From assembly GCF_009914755.1 (NCBI RefSeq), contig NC_060931.1: a stretch of 64,000 nucleotides of DNA. The stretch is one strand, 5' to 3'. The notes under the pieces are model-generated. The model ran no database searches. It was not told where the DNA came from and saw nothing but the letters and a program-made list of their open reading frames with translations. The stretch's first letter is position 1. Every line of letters begins with the position of its first letter. Origin of the DNA: the human T2T-CHM13v2.0 reference genome, Homo sapiens. Shown here piece by piece: positions 14,850-30,200 of this stretch. The position numbers and the translations under genes are program-made.

Positions 14850-15285
14850 TCAAGAGGTCCACAAATTTGGATGGGAAAGAATATACCTTTATTTCCATTA
14901 TCCTATAAATGAAATCTAGCATTTTCTTCAATTAGGAATGGAAGCCACAAGGCACCGTGGAATTAGCAATGCCCGACTGTGCCACTATTTTACTATCATG
15001 TTCCCACTGTCCCAATTACTTTGAAATGTTGTTTATGCTTACCCTAACAGCACTTCAAAATTATGATTATTATATCTACCAATAGCCCTTATTATTTAAT
15101 ACATCAACAAGGAAGCACATGTGTTATTATATCAACACATTTGTTCTGTTTAGTATTTTTGATACCATGCTTATGTATAATACATTTCCCTTTGTTGTTA
15201 CCTCAAGTATTCTATTTTATGCATTTAGAAACATAATTCACAGGCCTCACCAGACTGCCAAAGGGATCCATGCACCAAAAGTACC
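14850..15285. mobile_element. hAT-Charlie DNA transposon (MER113-like)
   Basis: Ends ttttatgcatttagaaacataatt...caccagactgccaaagggatccatg, matching my recollection of MER113. Confidence 0.65.
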
Positions 15286-15805
15286 CTTAAAATATATTTT
15301 TTTCTGACTCTAAGAAGATTTCTTTGTACATTGTAATTTTTCCTGACATTGAAATTCTCCAGTTACTCCCAAGCCTTCGGTAAAATCTGATTTATATACA
15401 TATGCTGTGTGTTAATCGGCTTGTGGAGAATTGAGAGAGGATGGAGTAAAACAAATTTCACCCTCCCTACCCACCTCCCAACCGCAGAGGCTGGTGACTT
15501 GGTAGCAGCCACATATTGAAAGAAGATGGTAGATCCAGAGTCCCAGATGTAGACCCAAAGTGAAGCTGCAGAGGGCTAAGATGGTACAAAGCCCAGTTAG
15601 TTTAGGAAAAATGTTAAGAGATAAACACTCTTCAAACCTAATAATGATCAGAGGTATCCACAGGATCCTCAGATTGCTGGAAGGCATCTTATCTTGACTT
15701 CCCCTAGAATCCTACTTTTCCATTTCACCCAGCATGACACCAGAAGATCCCAAAGAGGTGCACTGCTAGGACCAGGCAGCAAAAGGACCCAGCATGATGA
15801 AGAAG

Positions 15806-16711
15806 TGTGGTAGTTTTAAAATATGGCCCCTGATATAATTTGGCTATGTCCCCACCCAAATCTCATCTTGAATTGTAGCTCCCATAATTCCCACATGCTG
15901 TGGGAGAGACCCAGTGGGAGATAATTGAATCATGGAGGGGGTTTCCCTCATACTGTTCTCGTGGTAGTGAGTAGGTCTCAAAAGATCTGATGGTTTAATA
16001 AATGGGAGTTCCCCTGCACAAGTTTTTTTGTTTTTTGTTTTTGTTTTTGTTTTTGCCTGCCACCATGTAAGACATGCCTTTCACCTTCTGCCATGATTGT
16101 GAGCCACACCCCCAGCCACATGGAACTGTGGGTCCATGAACCCTCTTTTGCTGTATAAATTACCCAGTCTCAGGTATGTCTTTATCAGCAGCATGAAAAC
16201 AGACTAATACAGTCCCCAAATTCATTCAGCCTCCTTCTGTTGAGATGTGGTGTCTATGCCTCCACTCCCTGAATCTAAGAGGATTTGCACTGCTTTGACC
16301 CCTAGAGTATGGCAGAAGCAATAGCTTACAAGGTTAAGTCCTAAAATGCCAACCGGGTTCCATCTGTTTCTCTTGGAAGGCTCACTGAGATGCTCCCTTT
16401 TAGGATGCTCTTCTTACAACCCAGATACCAAGCTGTCAGAACACAAGCCACATGGCAAAACCATATGTAGATGCTCCCAGCTGAGCTAGTCCTTCAGCCA
16501 TCCCATCCCAGGCACCTGACATGGAAGTGATCAAATAATGTCAGCCCCCAGCCATCTGCGTTTCTCCAACAGAGGTACCAGACATCTCGGAGCAGATACA
16601 AGCTGTCTCTACTGAATTCCTGACCTCGAGATTCCACAAGCGCAGGATGGTTGTTGGTTTATCCCCCCGAGTTTGGGGCGGTTTATTACAAAGCAATAGT
16701 AACTGGACTCA
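15806..16711. mobile_element. MLT1 LTR (MLT1F/G-like) with a nested THE1 LTR at 15831-16211
   Basis: THE1 tgatataatttggct...agactaataca inside tgtggtagttttaaaatatggcccc...gcaatagtaactgg. Confidence 0.85.
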
Positions 16712-17012
16712 GAGACAAAAAGTTCAGGAAGAGGCTCCTGTACGGCCACATGGTTCATGGATGGAGAGCTGAACGGTGCTGATGGGAGAGACTGAGGAAG
16801 GGGCACATAGTGAAACAGGACTGAAGGTCAACTTGTGTCTCTCCAGTTCCCTTTGCACTGTGATGAGTAGAAATGACTTGTACCCAGAGTAGTACTGTCT
16901 CATACGGTCTGCTAACAGCAAGACTATTTAGGGCATGAACTCTATTGACTAATCCTCTCCCTTACCCCACTTTCTCAATAGGAGCAAAATCCTCAAATTA
17001 AAATTTGGTACA

Positions 17013-17330
<318 letters not shown>

Positions 17331-17503
17331 ATACAAACACCAGGAGTGTGTTAGATGAATTCAGTCTCTCTCAGTGATTCCAATTTTTTCCATGAAAGGG
17401 TTTCTAATGAAGGACAATTACAGGGTCATAGCCCAAAGCAGCCCCGCCACAAGCAAGAACCATCTTTAAAGTCCAATATTTTTGCCTTAAAAACTAGCAC
17501 TCC

Positions 17504-17805
<302 letters not shown>

Positions 17806-18060
17806 TAGCATTCTACACCATAACATATGAAGTATGTTTTTAACAGTACAATGTCTTAAACTACCTGTCATAAAGCAAGGAGGACACTGCATGAACATGT
17901 ACTCTGTTGATCATCAGATGTCAGATGTACTCTGTCCCACAGCTGGGCCCCCCCCAGGCAAATGCCAAAAGAATAGGTATACAGAATTCTGATGCTCCAA
18001 AGCCCTTTTGAAGGAATCAGGTGCCTAGGAGTCGGCCATTTAGCTTATTGACCATAGAGC

Positions 18061-18233
18061 TTTTTTTTTTTTTTTTTTCTATTTTGAGACAGAGTCTCGC
18101 TCTGTCACCCAGGCTGCTGCACAGTGGCACAAGCTCAGCTCACTGCAATCTCCACTTCCCAGGCCCAAGCAATCCCTCTGCCTCAGCATCCTGAGTAGCT
18201 AGGATTACAGGCATGGGCCACCGTGCCTGGCCT
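18061..18233 (-). mobile_element. Alu monomer
   Basis: polyT followed by a single Alu arm. Confidence 0.85.
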
Positions 18234-18980
18234 CGGAGCACTCTTAAATATTTATCAGCATTGATGTTAATCATCAAGTTGTGGCATGTTTTATTAAAAG
18301 AATCACATAGGAAGTAAATGGATCCTGAGTGAACAGATTTCCAAGAGATGGGGTCAGCAAATCTCCAAGAAGATGAAAAAGTGATCAGAATTTCTTAGCT
18401 AAGATCATTGGTAATATGTATGGTGGAGTGCAGAATTTACACTTTGTGCATATAGAATTTTTTTCATCATGAAGACACTTCTCTTGATCCTGCACCCTCT
18501 CACTTCCTCAGGGACATGACTCAAGCACTTCCTTTCTGTCACCTCCTTCCCCTCCACTCTGGTGTCCTCGTCCTCAAAAGCCCTTCCCTTAGGTGAATTG
18601 GTATGGTAATTCTGGAGAGCAATTTGACAAAACCTAGCAAAAGAAAAAATGTACATGTTTTGACCCAGATGTTTCACTTCTAGAAAATGTAGCTTTAGCT
18701 ATGCTTGCACAAGTTTGTAAGGATAAATGTTGCTCATACACAGATGCTCTCCAAAGCATTGCCTGTGAGAACAAAAACAGAGCATGACCTGAACAGACAT
18801 CATTACGGGACTGGTCCAGTACATTGCAGTACAATAGAAAAGGATGCTGGTAATCAACTGTTGAGTGAAAAAAAAGTTGCATAGCAATGTGATCACATTC
18901 ATAATAATAAACTGCATATTTTGATGTATATATGCTTATTTAATCTGAGTGTATGGCACAACTTCAGGGGTACCATTGAC

Positions 18981-19274
18981 TTTTTTTTTTTTTTTTTGAG
19001 ACACAGTCTCACTATGTTGCCCAGGCTGAAGTGCAGTGGCGCAATCGTAGCTCACTGCAGCCTTAAATTCCTGGGATCAAGCAATCCTCCCACCTCAGCC
19101 TGCTGAGTAGCTGAGACTACAAGGGTACCAACATGCCCGTTTTATTTTATTTTTTTGTAGAGATGGACTCTCACTAGATTGCCCGGGCTGGTCTCAAACT
19201 GCTGGACTCAAGTGATCCTCCCACCTCAGCCTCCCAAAGTGCTGGGATTACAGGCATGAGCCATCGTGCCCAGC
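18981..19274 (-). mobile_element. AluJ
   Basis: Antisense dimer. Confidence 0.9.
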
Positions 19275-20433
19275 CTACATTCTATTCTTGTCTTGTAAGT
19301 GAATGAATGGTACACATGGGAACTGCACATCTGCGTATGTGTGTCACCTGATGTGCCCCAGGAACGCCCTGAGCTTGCATGTATCCTAACACATAAACTC
19401 TATGGTAAGTACTAACCTACCTCCCCAAGACCCTGTAGACTGCATGAGGAAAGGATTATTCACCTTTTTATCTCCAACATGCAGCACTGTACCTGGCACA
19501 CCAATGGCACTTGAATAAATAAGGGTGTGAGCATTCATGGGCCCCAGAATATGTCAGTTATCTATCATTTGCATTGATCTAAGAACTAGGCATGTCCCCG
19601 GGAGAGAAAATAAACACTTAATAGGTGGTTTCCAGGCTTTAGCAAACACATACACACACACGCTGCGCACGCGCGCGCACACACACACACACACATATCC
19701 AGGGTTCCAGGCTCAAACTGTATTTGGAAAAACTGAGATAAATGAAGATAAACCATTTTCTTGGCTGTAGGGCATCACTAAGATTTTAATTTGCATTGAT
19801 ACTCTCCAAGAGGCAGATACAGTATGGAGTATCATCCGAATTTTACTGACCATGAAGCACCTTTAGAGGAACATTTATTTATATTGATGTTCTGAGGATC
19901 ATTCATCTGTAACAGGCTGCATTAGAAGAATCACAAAGGAAGTCAATGGATCCCAGGTGAAAGTCAGATTGCCAAGAGGTGGGGTCCAAGAATCTCCAGG
20001 AGGGTGAAAGAGTGATGAAAAGTTTCTTAGGTAAGATCATTTGAAACTCCCATTGGATGTCGAAAACCGAGAAGGAAAAGATTTGGTCAATGGAACAAGA
20101 GCAAGCAAAGCATGCTTGTTGAGCTGATAGCAGGGTGGCAAAAATCCTCCCCCTGGGGACTTCTGGGACCTTGGCAGGGATGTCAGGGAAGGAGCCCAGT
20201 GATCAGAATTCCAGGAGCTTCCTGAAAAGCTTCTGATTTAGGAGGTAGGACCTCCAAATATATATATTTTAACTCACCAGATACATTTTGACGTTGAGCT
20301 AAATTTTGAACTGGCCATTGCTTGACATCGCTCCTTCTGCTCTGACACTAGCTCTTGTTCCCTCCAGAATCTGATCAGCAAACTGATGGGAGCAGAGGCT
20401 ACATTACATGAGGCGAGATTAAGAAGGAAGTCA

Positions 20434-20940
<507 letters not shown>

Positions 20941-21175
20941 CTACTATAATGGGCAGAGAGGGGCAAAGACAGAGCTGAATGTAGAAAAGGTGACAGTTGG
21001 GTGGGTAGGGAGTTGAAGATGTTTCTGCCTGGGGTCTTTGTTTTAATTGTGAGGGAGAAGGTGACACCATTCTTAAGACAAGTGAGTCGGGGTTGAAATA
21101 GTCATGGAGACCTGACCACTAGAACCATGACTCACACTGAGAACTTCGTTGAGGTTGAAGGTTAGAAGTATATAG

Positions 21176-21533
<358 letters not shown>

Positions 21534-22026
21534 TAGGATTTTACCCCGGAGCACTCCACATACTGAAGCAGAAGTAACAATAGAAAACAGCTGTCAGGGA
21601 GGATGCCAGAGAGAGGCAGGTTGCAGTGTAAGCACCCAGAGGGTCCACATTCTAGAAGATGACAAGATCAAGGTTGAGGCCACAGGAGTCAAAGTCAAGA
21701 GGATAGAAGGTCACAGGAGTTGAAGTTGAGGCAACAAGAGGTGAGAATGTTGCCTGGTCATCTCCATGCTCATTCATCTCCCCAGTATGATCAGGACTTG
21801 CAGCAGATATAAGAATGAATAAGCTGCTAGGGAATTCCAGGAGTGAAGGGGTGACTAGAAGAAAAGCAGGTCACAGCAATGAGGAAGAGGGAGTCAGGAA
21901 ATGTGTTCCTCAATGGGGCAGAGATTTTTACACAATGGTTAGGAACAAGCACATGAAGGTCTACCAGTAGCCTCTTCAAGTGAAGGATCTCACTGCTCCT
22001 CTTGGGGGATCTTGGAGAGCACCCAT

Positions 22027-22070
<44 letters not shown>

Positions 22071-23579
22071 TGCTCCAACCAAAGTGGGTCCTCTAAGTAT
22101 TAGCCTACCCTTAGGACTTACTTTAGAAAAGCTTTTATGAGCAAAACAAAAAAAAATTAAACACCATTGATCATGCCTAGCCCTTCCATTATAAGCCAAG
22201 GATGAGCTTGATGAAGGTACCCACTGCTGCATCCTGCTAGCATGCCACGTGAGGTACACTCTCCCCTAAGACACAGCTCCTGGATGATGCATCCTTTTAG
22301 GGCCGATGAGTTCGGCACCACTGAAGTCCAGAAGAGCCAAGCATTGTGGGGAAGTAGGACCATTGGCCAGAGAAGGGCCATGATGGAAGCCCTTGGACAC
22401 CTGTTAGGGACAGGGAAGAGAGGCAAGAAGAGGAGAAATAAAGATGGCAAGCAAAGAGGAGTCCAGCTGATGATTCCAATCTAGCAAGGAAGAGCAGCTC
22501 AGCGTCCAGGCAACAAAGGCTGAGTTCCTTCAGCCTCTCACTGTGCAGGACCTTCCGTCACAAGGAAGTTTACAGGTCTTGTTTATGTGTAGACTTTTTA
22601 TAAGCTATTCAGAGCAGGGGTGGGAGGGAAAACTAGAGAGAAAAGTTCCCTTTGAATTTCCATTGCTTTCAGAGTCGGCAATTTAATGAGTCAGGCATTC
22701 TAAATTCCTTGCTTTGTCTACACGTTTTCATTTCAAAATACGAAAAAACACTTTGTTTGGAACATGAGTTATTTTTAGATCACATATCAATAGTGCACAT
22801 CCACTTCTCCCCACATGAATAAAAAAGCTTCCTTTGGATTGGGCTGAAGCCACACCATAGTGGTAGGGTTATTTAGCTGGCATTTGTTGAAGCTACCTGG
22901 GCATCACTCTAGTCCCTGGAATCTGTCTTCTAGGTGGCATCATGGATGAGTCAGCTCTAGACCTGTTCCAAAGAGCTCCCAATCTCATAGTCTGGACAAG
23001 AAGTAAAGAAGTGAAGGATTTCACTGCTCCTCTTAGGGGTCCTGGGGGACACCCCATTATCCCAAATACATACGCACACACCTTGCTCCAACCAAAGTGG
23101 GTCCTCTGAGTATTAGCATTCCCCATATGACTTTAGAAAAGTTTCTATAAACAGAAACAAAAAAATTAAACACCATCGATCACACCCAACCCTTCCATTA
23201 TAAGCCAAAGATGAGCTCAAGACCACACAGTGAATTGAGGGAGGTACCCACTGCTTCCTCCTGCTAGAGTGTCCTTTCAGACCTCCATGCCAAGGAGTCA
23301 CCTTGACAGGCTAGAAAAAAGGTCAGGGCTTCCTTGCTTCACTCCCTTGTGAGAACTTTGAGAAAAAGGAGTAGAAGAGAAGGAGGTCACCATCTACAGG
23401 TCACCTCCTCCAGATGCATTGAGAAGCATGCTGACACCTTAGCAAAGACAGGAGCGGACAATCTAGGATCTTCTGCAGTAACGTAGGCTGACAAATGGGA
23501 GGACAATGGGCTGCAAGGCTGGCTGGCTGTGGGAAGGGTGGTGTCCCTACCTCTACAGTCCCCAGCCGGTTTTGTCTAA

Positions 23580-23885
<306 letters not shown>

Positions 23886-24058
23886 TAACCTATTGCTTTT
23901 GTTCCGTAAGTCACAGTTCACTAATTTGAGTCTCGTAGGGATCACCTTCTTAAAAAGCTCCAACTTAAGCCTTAATAGCAAATACTTTCCCAGCACTTCA
24001 TGGAGAGTCAACTAACTCCAAGAATAAGACATACATCTAATAGCTCAAGGAACTGGAG

Positions 24059-24464
24059 GGATATAGCTTGGGTATTTGTCCCCTCCAAATCTCATGTTGG
24101 AATGTGATTCCGTGTTGGAGATGGGGCCTAGTGGGAGGTGTTTGGGTCATGCAGGCGGATGCCTCATGAATGCCTGGGCACCCTTCCTGTGATAATGAGT
24201 GAGTTCTCACTCTATTAGTTCATGCAAGAGCTAGTTGTTAAAAAGAGCCTGGCATCTCTCTTGTTCCCTCTCTCTCCATATGACATGCCTGCTCCCCCTT
24301 TGCGTTCCACTATGATTAGAACCTTCCTGAGGTCCTCAGCAGAAGCAGATTAGGCCATCCCCTTCTTGTACAGTCTGCAGAACCATGAGCCAAATAAACC
24401 TTTTTTTTAATCAATTACCCAATCTCAGGTATTCCTTTATAGCAGCACAAAACGGACTAATACA
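24059..24464. mobile_element. MSTB-like MaLR LTR
   Basis: atttgtcccctccaaatctcatgttg...cagaaccatgagccaaataaacc...aacggactaataca. Confidence 0.85.
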
Positions 24465-24569
24465 TGGGGGTGAGGAGGCACCCCGCTTCTCTAGTCATTC
24501 CCCCTCCCCATCTTCTGTCCACCCATTTATAGTGGCAGCAGCTACGTTCATGCATCTGACCCTCTTCTC

Positions 24570-25195
24570 TTGGGCACTACTGATTTGATCTGGAGTGGAC
24601 AGCAATGAGCTTGTTTCCCAGGGGATTTGGAATTGAGACCACACTGATTCCTCCATTTAATCACTGTCAAACAGATAGCTATTTGACAGGAATCATCTTC
24701 ATATGGACAGAGAAACCCAAGAGACTTAGCTTTCTCAGATTTTCCACATCCTTCTAGGTCCTTGATGATGAGCTAAATTTTGAACCGGCCATTGCTTGGC
24801 ATTGCTCCTTCTCTGACACTAGCTCTTGTTCCCTCCAGAATCTGATCAGTAAACTGATGGGAGCAGAGGCTACATTACATGAGGCGAGATTAAGAAGGAA
24901 TCAAGGCCAGGCATCATGGTTCAAGCCTATAATCCCAGCACTTTGGGAGGCCAAGGCAGGTGTATCACTTGAGGTCAGGGGTTTGAGACCAGCCTGGTCA
25001 ACATGGTGAAACCCCGTCTCCACGAAAAATATAAAATTAGCTGGGTTTGGTGGTGGCCACCTGTAATCCCAAAGCTGCACCTCTGGCCTTAGATTTCATG
25101 AGACCCACCCTCTGCCCACTCCCATGGATATCTCCCTAACATGTTTCCCTTTTTACTTCTGATAACTCTCCTGGGCTTCTGTCCCTTGCAACCAA
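24570..25195. mobile_element. Old MLT1 LTR remnant, interrupted at 24762-25071 by a local copy
   Basis: MLT1-like 3' end gcttctgtcccttgcaaccaa. Confidence 0.55.
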
Positions 25196-27044
25196 TATGG
25201 CTCTGGGAGGTGTGAAAGTGATCTGGAGATGGAAGATGAGACACATCAAGGAGACTCCTCTCTGCTTTCTAACTTCGCCTGCCCTGCCCACACTGTGCAT
25301 AACCACTCAGGCCACTGCAGCGAGGAAACAGTGGTGGCTCTCTTTTGAGCATGCTTTGGGGTGAGAGGAGGGCCCTGGTGCCCGTTTTTGCTAAGGTGTC
25401 AACATGCTTCTCTCAATGTACCTGGAAAAGATGACCTATAGATGGGGACTGCATTCTCTTCTACTCCTTTCTCTCAAGGGTCTCACAATACCCAGGCAGT
25501 GCTTTACCTGAAGGAGGTTCCCAACCAAAGAACTGAAGGGCAGGAGGCAATGCACTCTGAGAGATAACATTACTGCTGAACCTAAGGGGAGAACACGTTC
25601 CTGATGGGCTGTGTTCTCACTCCCCTCCACATCCAACTCCCTGGAGCCAAGACCTTGACCACAGATCTCCCTCCTCTGGCCCCACCCGATCCCCTGCTTT
25701 TTGGCTTTCTCTCTCTCAGCCCACTGCACAAAGAAAATCTTTAAGGAATGTGTGGATACATCCCCAAGGAATAACAAAAACAGAAACATGTTCAGTGCGT
25801 GTGTGCGCGCACACAAATGTGTGACTGCAACAAGCCAGAAGGTGTAGAGACCCTTAGCCCCAGGGTCTAAAGGGAGTTCATGTTCAGCCCCAAAGGAGAA
25901 GCACATGCCTTGGGAGAAACTGATTCCTTGGGTCATCACTGTCCCCCAGAGGCAGGTGACACTCAACTGCCTAATTCACGCTGCTCGCAACTCTTGCCAA
26001 AAAATTCCAAATTCCCAAAATTCAGGAACAAATGAGGAAACATTTTTAATGTAACAGTGTGTTGAGCAAAAAGATTTGTCTGTTTGCTGTGTGATATCCT
26101 CAGATCTAGAGGTAGGCAAATATCCCTTTCCTCCGTCACACCAGCTTTCTGTAAGGCAGCCCTCCTAGGACTTACCAAAATGTTTCTCTTACTCAATTCT
26201 TACCTCCTTTTCTCAACATGCCCCACCCCCTTTTCCAGGGGAAGTGTTCAACATCCTTTCATTTATCCTAGGCTGGTAAAAGTCCAACCATGCCTGCCTT
26301 TGGTGGAAGGTCCTCTCCTGGAAGGGATGAGCTGGGATGGGGAGACCATCCCAAGATGATCTCTGACTCTAGCCAACCTTCCTTGCTCTTCCTTGCTCTG
26401 AGCCTGCCCTTCAGCATTTGTCATTTCCAGCTTTACATTGTCCTATTCCAGATGCTTCCTCAGAGGCTAAGAGAGTGGCTTCCCCAGTAGGTAAGCGTTC
26501 TCTTGGCCAGGGGTCTCATCAGCTCCTGCCCTTGACTTCTCAAATGTCAAGTTGTGTTGGAGAAGATTCTGAACAGAGTCTTGTAGCATCCTGTTCCTGG
26601 GTCCCACAGCCTAGCTCCCTGCTCATGGGAGAAACTGCTGAACATCAGGAGCTCTAGTCACCAAAAATACATCCACTTCCTTTTCTTCCCCACAAGCCTA
26701 ACTCTAAACTCACTGCCCCCACCATATACACTTACAGTCGCCACTGGAAGCTGGTGGCTAAAGCTGGAGATCCCATTCTGAACAGCCTTAGGGAGACAAT
26801 TTCAGGATGTACCCATTTATAGGACTCACCACAGACCAATTCCTTGATGCCAGCATCCACAAAGATCAAAATTGTGTTCTATACCAAACCACACCCAGAG
26901 TTGAAATTCCTCTTGAGTTTGTATAGCCATGAGGGTCTCCGAGGAAAAGAAAAAAGAGCAAGATCAAAAACCCAGGGAGGCCTGTGGCTTGGTAGCATAG
27001 AAAACTCCTCACCCCGAACTGACCGCATCAATGACCAGAGACAG

Positions 27045-27300
27045 ACAGGGTAGCCTAGTGGTTAGGAGCATAATTTTTTGGTGGGGGATGGGGTGAGATT
27101 CAAAGACACTTGGGTAGGAATCCCAGGTTTGCCTTTGGCTGTGATCTCAGTCAAGCTGCCTGTTTGTGTTACTTTCCTCCTGTCGAAACGAGATTAACAA
27201 TACCCTCATAAAATTATTTGAGAATTGATTGAAATTGTCTATGCAAAGCTCCCATTTTTATGCTAGTACATAGTCCACACTCTGTAAGTTGTATTTGTCA
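27045..27300. mobile_element. MIR
   Basis: gtagcctagtggttaggagc...gaatcccagg...gctgtgatctcagtcaag. Confidence 0.7.
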
Positions 27301-27589
27301 TTGTTCACCTGAAAACAAGCATGTCCCTCCCCAAGAGTCAGTTTGCAAACCCATCCCTTCATCCCATCCACACATCTCAAATAGGCTCAAGAAAGGGGAT
27401 AGAATCTCTGTACCCAGCCAGGACAGCTCTCCCAGGTGTCCATTTCATAGATTCTCCTCTCCAGCCTAGACACGCAGCAGCGGCAAAGCCTCCTGGACCC
27501 CGCGCCACCCCCTACCTGAGGGCTGCCAAACAATCTAGGTCCTTGGGTTTGGGGGAAGAAGACTTGCCAGGTGGGGAAGTCGGGGGCCT

Positions 27590-28140
27590 GGCTCCTCGGC
27601 GGCTCCTCTCCCCCTCCGAGGGCTCCTCCGTCCCCCTTTTTCTCATTCTCGGGCTTCCCCTCTCCGGGTTGCTCTGGCAGCCGCATCGGGGGTCCAGGGC
27701 GATGTTCTCAGAGAGAGTTAGAAGCTCATCAAAGGAACGTCAGCGAAGGCACTGAGACTCTGAAAGGAGTTGACAGAAACTTACAGCCTGCACAGTGCTG
27801 GGCGATTATTCTTCTCAAAGCCTGCCGCCTAAATAATTCACACCCTCCCTTCCGTGTTTACACAGGACAATGGTAGAAACACAATCCTGGCACAAGAAAT
27901 ATAATTACAGTTGAGACACATGTTTAGTTATTAATAAGGCCTCAATGTCACCAGAGGGTATTGCACAACAAGCCAATAATGGGCTTTTGGAGCCAACCTT
28001 AATATTTACAGGTATTTTTCCATTCGTACCCCCGTGGGCATTGCTGGAGTATGTGCAGTGTGGAGAAAGCTATAGCCGCCAAAGTGATTGCAACTTGCAA
28101 GGAAGCAAAACATCTTGCCAGCATCATTTGTTTCCTTGCT
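27590..28140. promoter_or_regulatory. Candidate enhancer or CpG-enriched element
   Basis: Repeat-free and CpG-retaining, with TCF/LEF-like atcaaag, FOX-like tgtttac, SOX-like acaatgg and TAAT/ATTA cores (motif inference only). Confidence 0.4.
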
Positions 28141-29979
28141 GCTGACACCAGGAAAGCCACAGAAACTAAATGGGGGACTGAGCTGGAAATCACCGTCTAA
28201 CGGTGAAGGACTCTGGCCCAGCCTCCCAAACTTAGTCATGCTGTCGCAATCCCAGGGCAATACCCTCCTAACTTCCTTAAAGCATACAGCATCCAAGATG
28301 GCATCCCATTACCAGCTCCAGGGCAGACCTGCAACCCATGCATATGGAATCTCTAGGTCCACTTGATGTCACCAAGTGGCAACATCCTCTTTCTACCTCT
28401 CTCTGGTATCGTTACCACCTACTTGTCCCTTACAACTCAGCTCAGGTGTCACCTCTTCTGAAAAGTTGTCCTTGACCTGGCCCTCTCCCTTGGTTGGGTT
28501 AAGGCACCCCTCGTCTCTGCCTACTTCTACTGTCATTTGTCCACAATCTCCATCCCCTCCTCCCAACATTGTGTTGAGAAAAACCCCAGGCAGGGAAGAG
28601 CTCAGATGCACACTGTGTGGCATTTAGGCCCAGGCAGGGACAACCTTAAAATAATTGGTGCTCAATAAATATGTATTGAACACACAGTTAATCAATGTCA
28701 GTTCTCTTTGGTTTCATTGAAGGTAAAAACAAACAATAATAAAGACAAACAAAGACTCTCTTGAGATGTGAAGTTCAGAGAGTGTAAATGGAAGACGTTG
28801 GTGATGAAACCAACAAAGCCCCGGCCACCATGGATCAGGGCCCCATCTGAGAGAGTTGTACCCATAAGAACGTCTACACATTGCAGCAGGCAATGGCTTC
28901 TCGCAGAAACACACAGATGAGTCTCCATTTCTCACTACTTGGCCCCTGAACATTGTATCCTGGGAAGAGTCCCTCTGCCCTCTTTCTACTCTCTCGATTC
29001 TGGTGAGAGGTGCATGCTCATGCCTGGGAAGTGGTCTCCTATCAAAGTCAGCTCTTAGAAGATCAGGCTCAAAAAATGACTGTAGAAAGCAGGAAGAAGG
29101 CTTGAAGAGCTGTATGTGGATGGTGGACATTATTGTTGCAGGTTGTTGTAAATCTGCACGCACAGTACCCACTGAAAGTCAGCCTCAATCGGCTCAAATG
29201 AAAGAGGCTCAGCCCAAAGCCCTGTGAGTAACTCATCAGCTACTGGTGTGAATGAATGACGGACAGACACATAAACCAACTAGATGCTTTGTAATTTCCA
29301 TCTGAACCAGAAACCCCCATGGTCTTAGCTCAGAGCTGGACCAGATGGTGTCTGGGTGCCCCAACCTCCGAGGTCTCTGGTTCCCCAATGGTTGTGGGAT
29401 GGAGTTAAGCCCTCCATCCCACAGGAATGATGAGATACGACAGGAAGGGTGTTATGTCCTGCGATTGGGCCGGCACTTCCCAAGGGTTGGGATCTCAAAG
29501 ACACCTTAAAGAGAGTAAGTGTCTCAAAGCAAGAAGTCACATCTCACCAAACAGCACATGTGCAACGCACCCATGCAACAGTACTTGGCCTCAAACACAT
29601 ACATGCACACACACACAACAGCACTGGTCTTCAGATGCGTGCTCACAGACCAGCCTTGTAACACTCATAGCCTAGGGATGATCTGAGACCCATCTAGCAT
29701 AGCTTGGGAGGTCTCAGGAAACTTAACAATTATGGTGGAAGGCAAAGGGCAAACAGGCATGTCTTCACACGCCTGTTTCCTGAGACATATGCCCAGGAGC
29801 ACTCACCCCCACACCCACATGGCTCCCACGCAACTTCACACAGCTGCACACTCTGTCCCCAGCAGCACACACCCGTACGCCGCTCTCTTACACATGCCTA
29901 TGACTCATCTATTCACACACACTACAACGCCCACTTCCCCACACACGCGGCACATGCCGAAACTCTTGGAGACTTCTCT

Positions 29980-30200
29980 AGTTAGCTCGTTAAGTTAAAC
30001 AGGAGAAACAAGTGTGTCATTACAGTAGAAACGCAAAAAAAAAAAATGACATTTTATTTTCAGATATGCTTTTAGTTGCCATGGCAGTCCCCAGCACCAT
30101 GGAAGTTGTGATTGGTGGTAAATGCATATTTCAAAAAGCAGTAATTAGCTCCCCATATGCAAAAACTTCTGAATATGTTGAGTCCCTTCTCTTGTCAGGT
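29980..30200. promoter_or_regulatory. Candidate enhancer
   Basis: RFX X-box-like gttgccatggca, attgg, homeobox taatta and octamer-like atatgcaaa in a repeat-free block. Confidence 0.35.

Noticed and set aside
25436-25966. 176-aa minus-strand ORF
   Set aside because: No recognisable homology or coding character, and it overlaps an inverted duplication.
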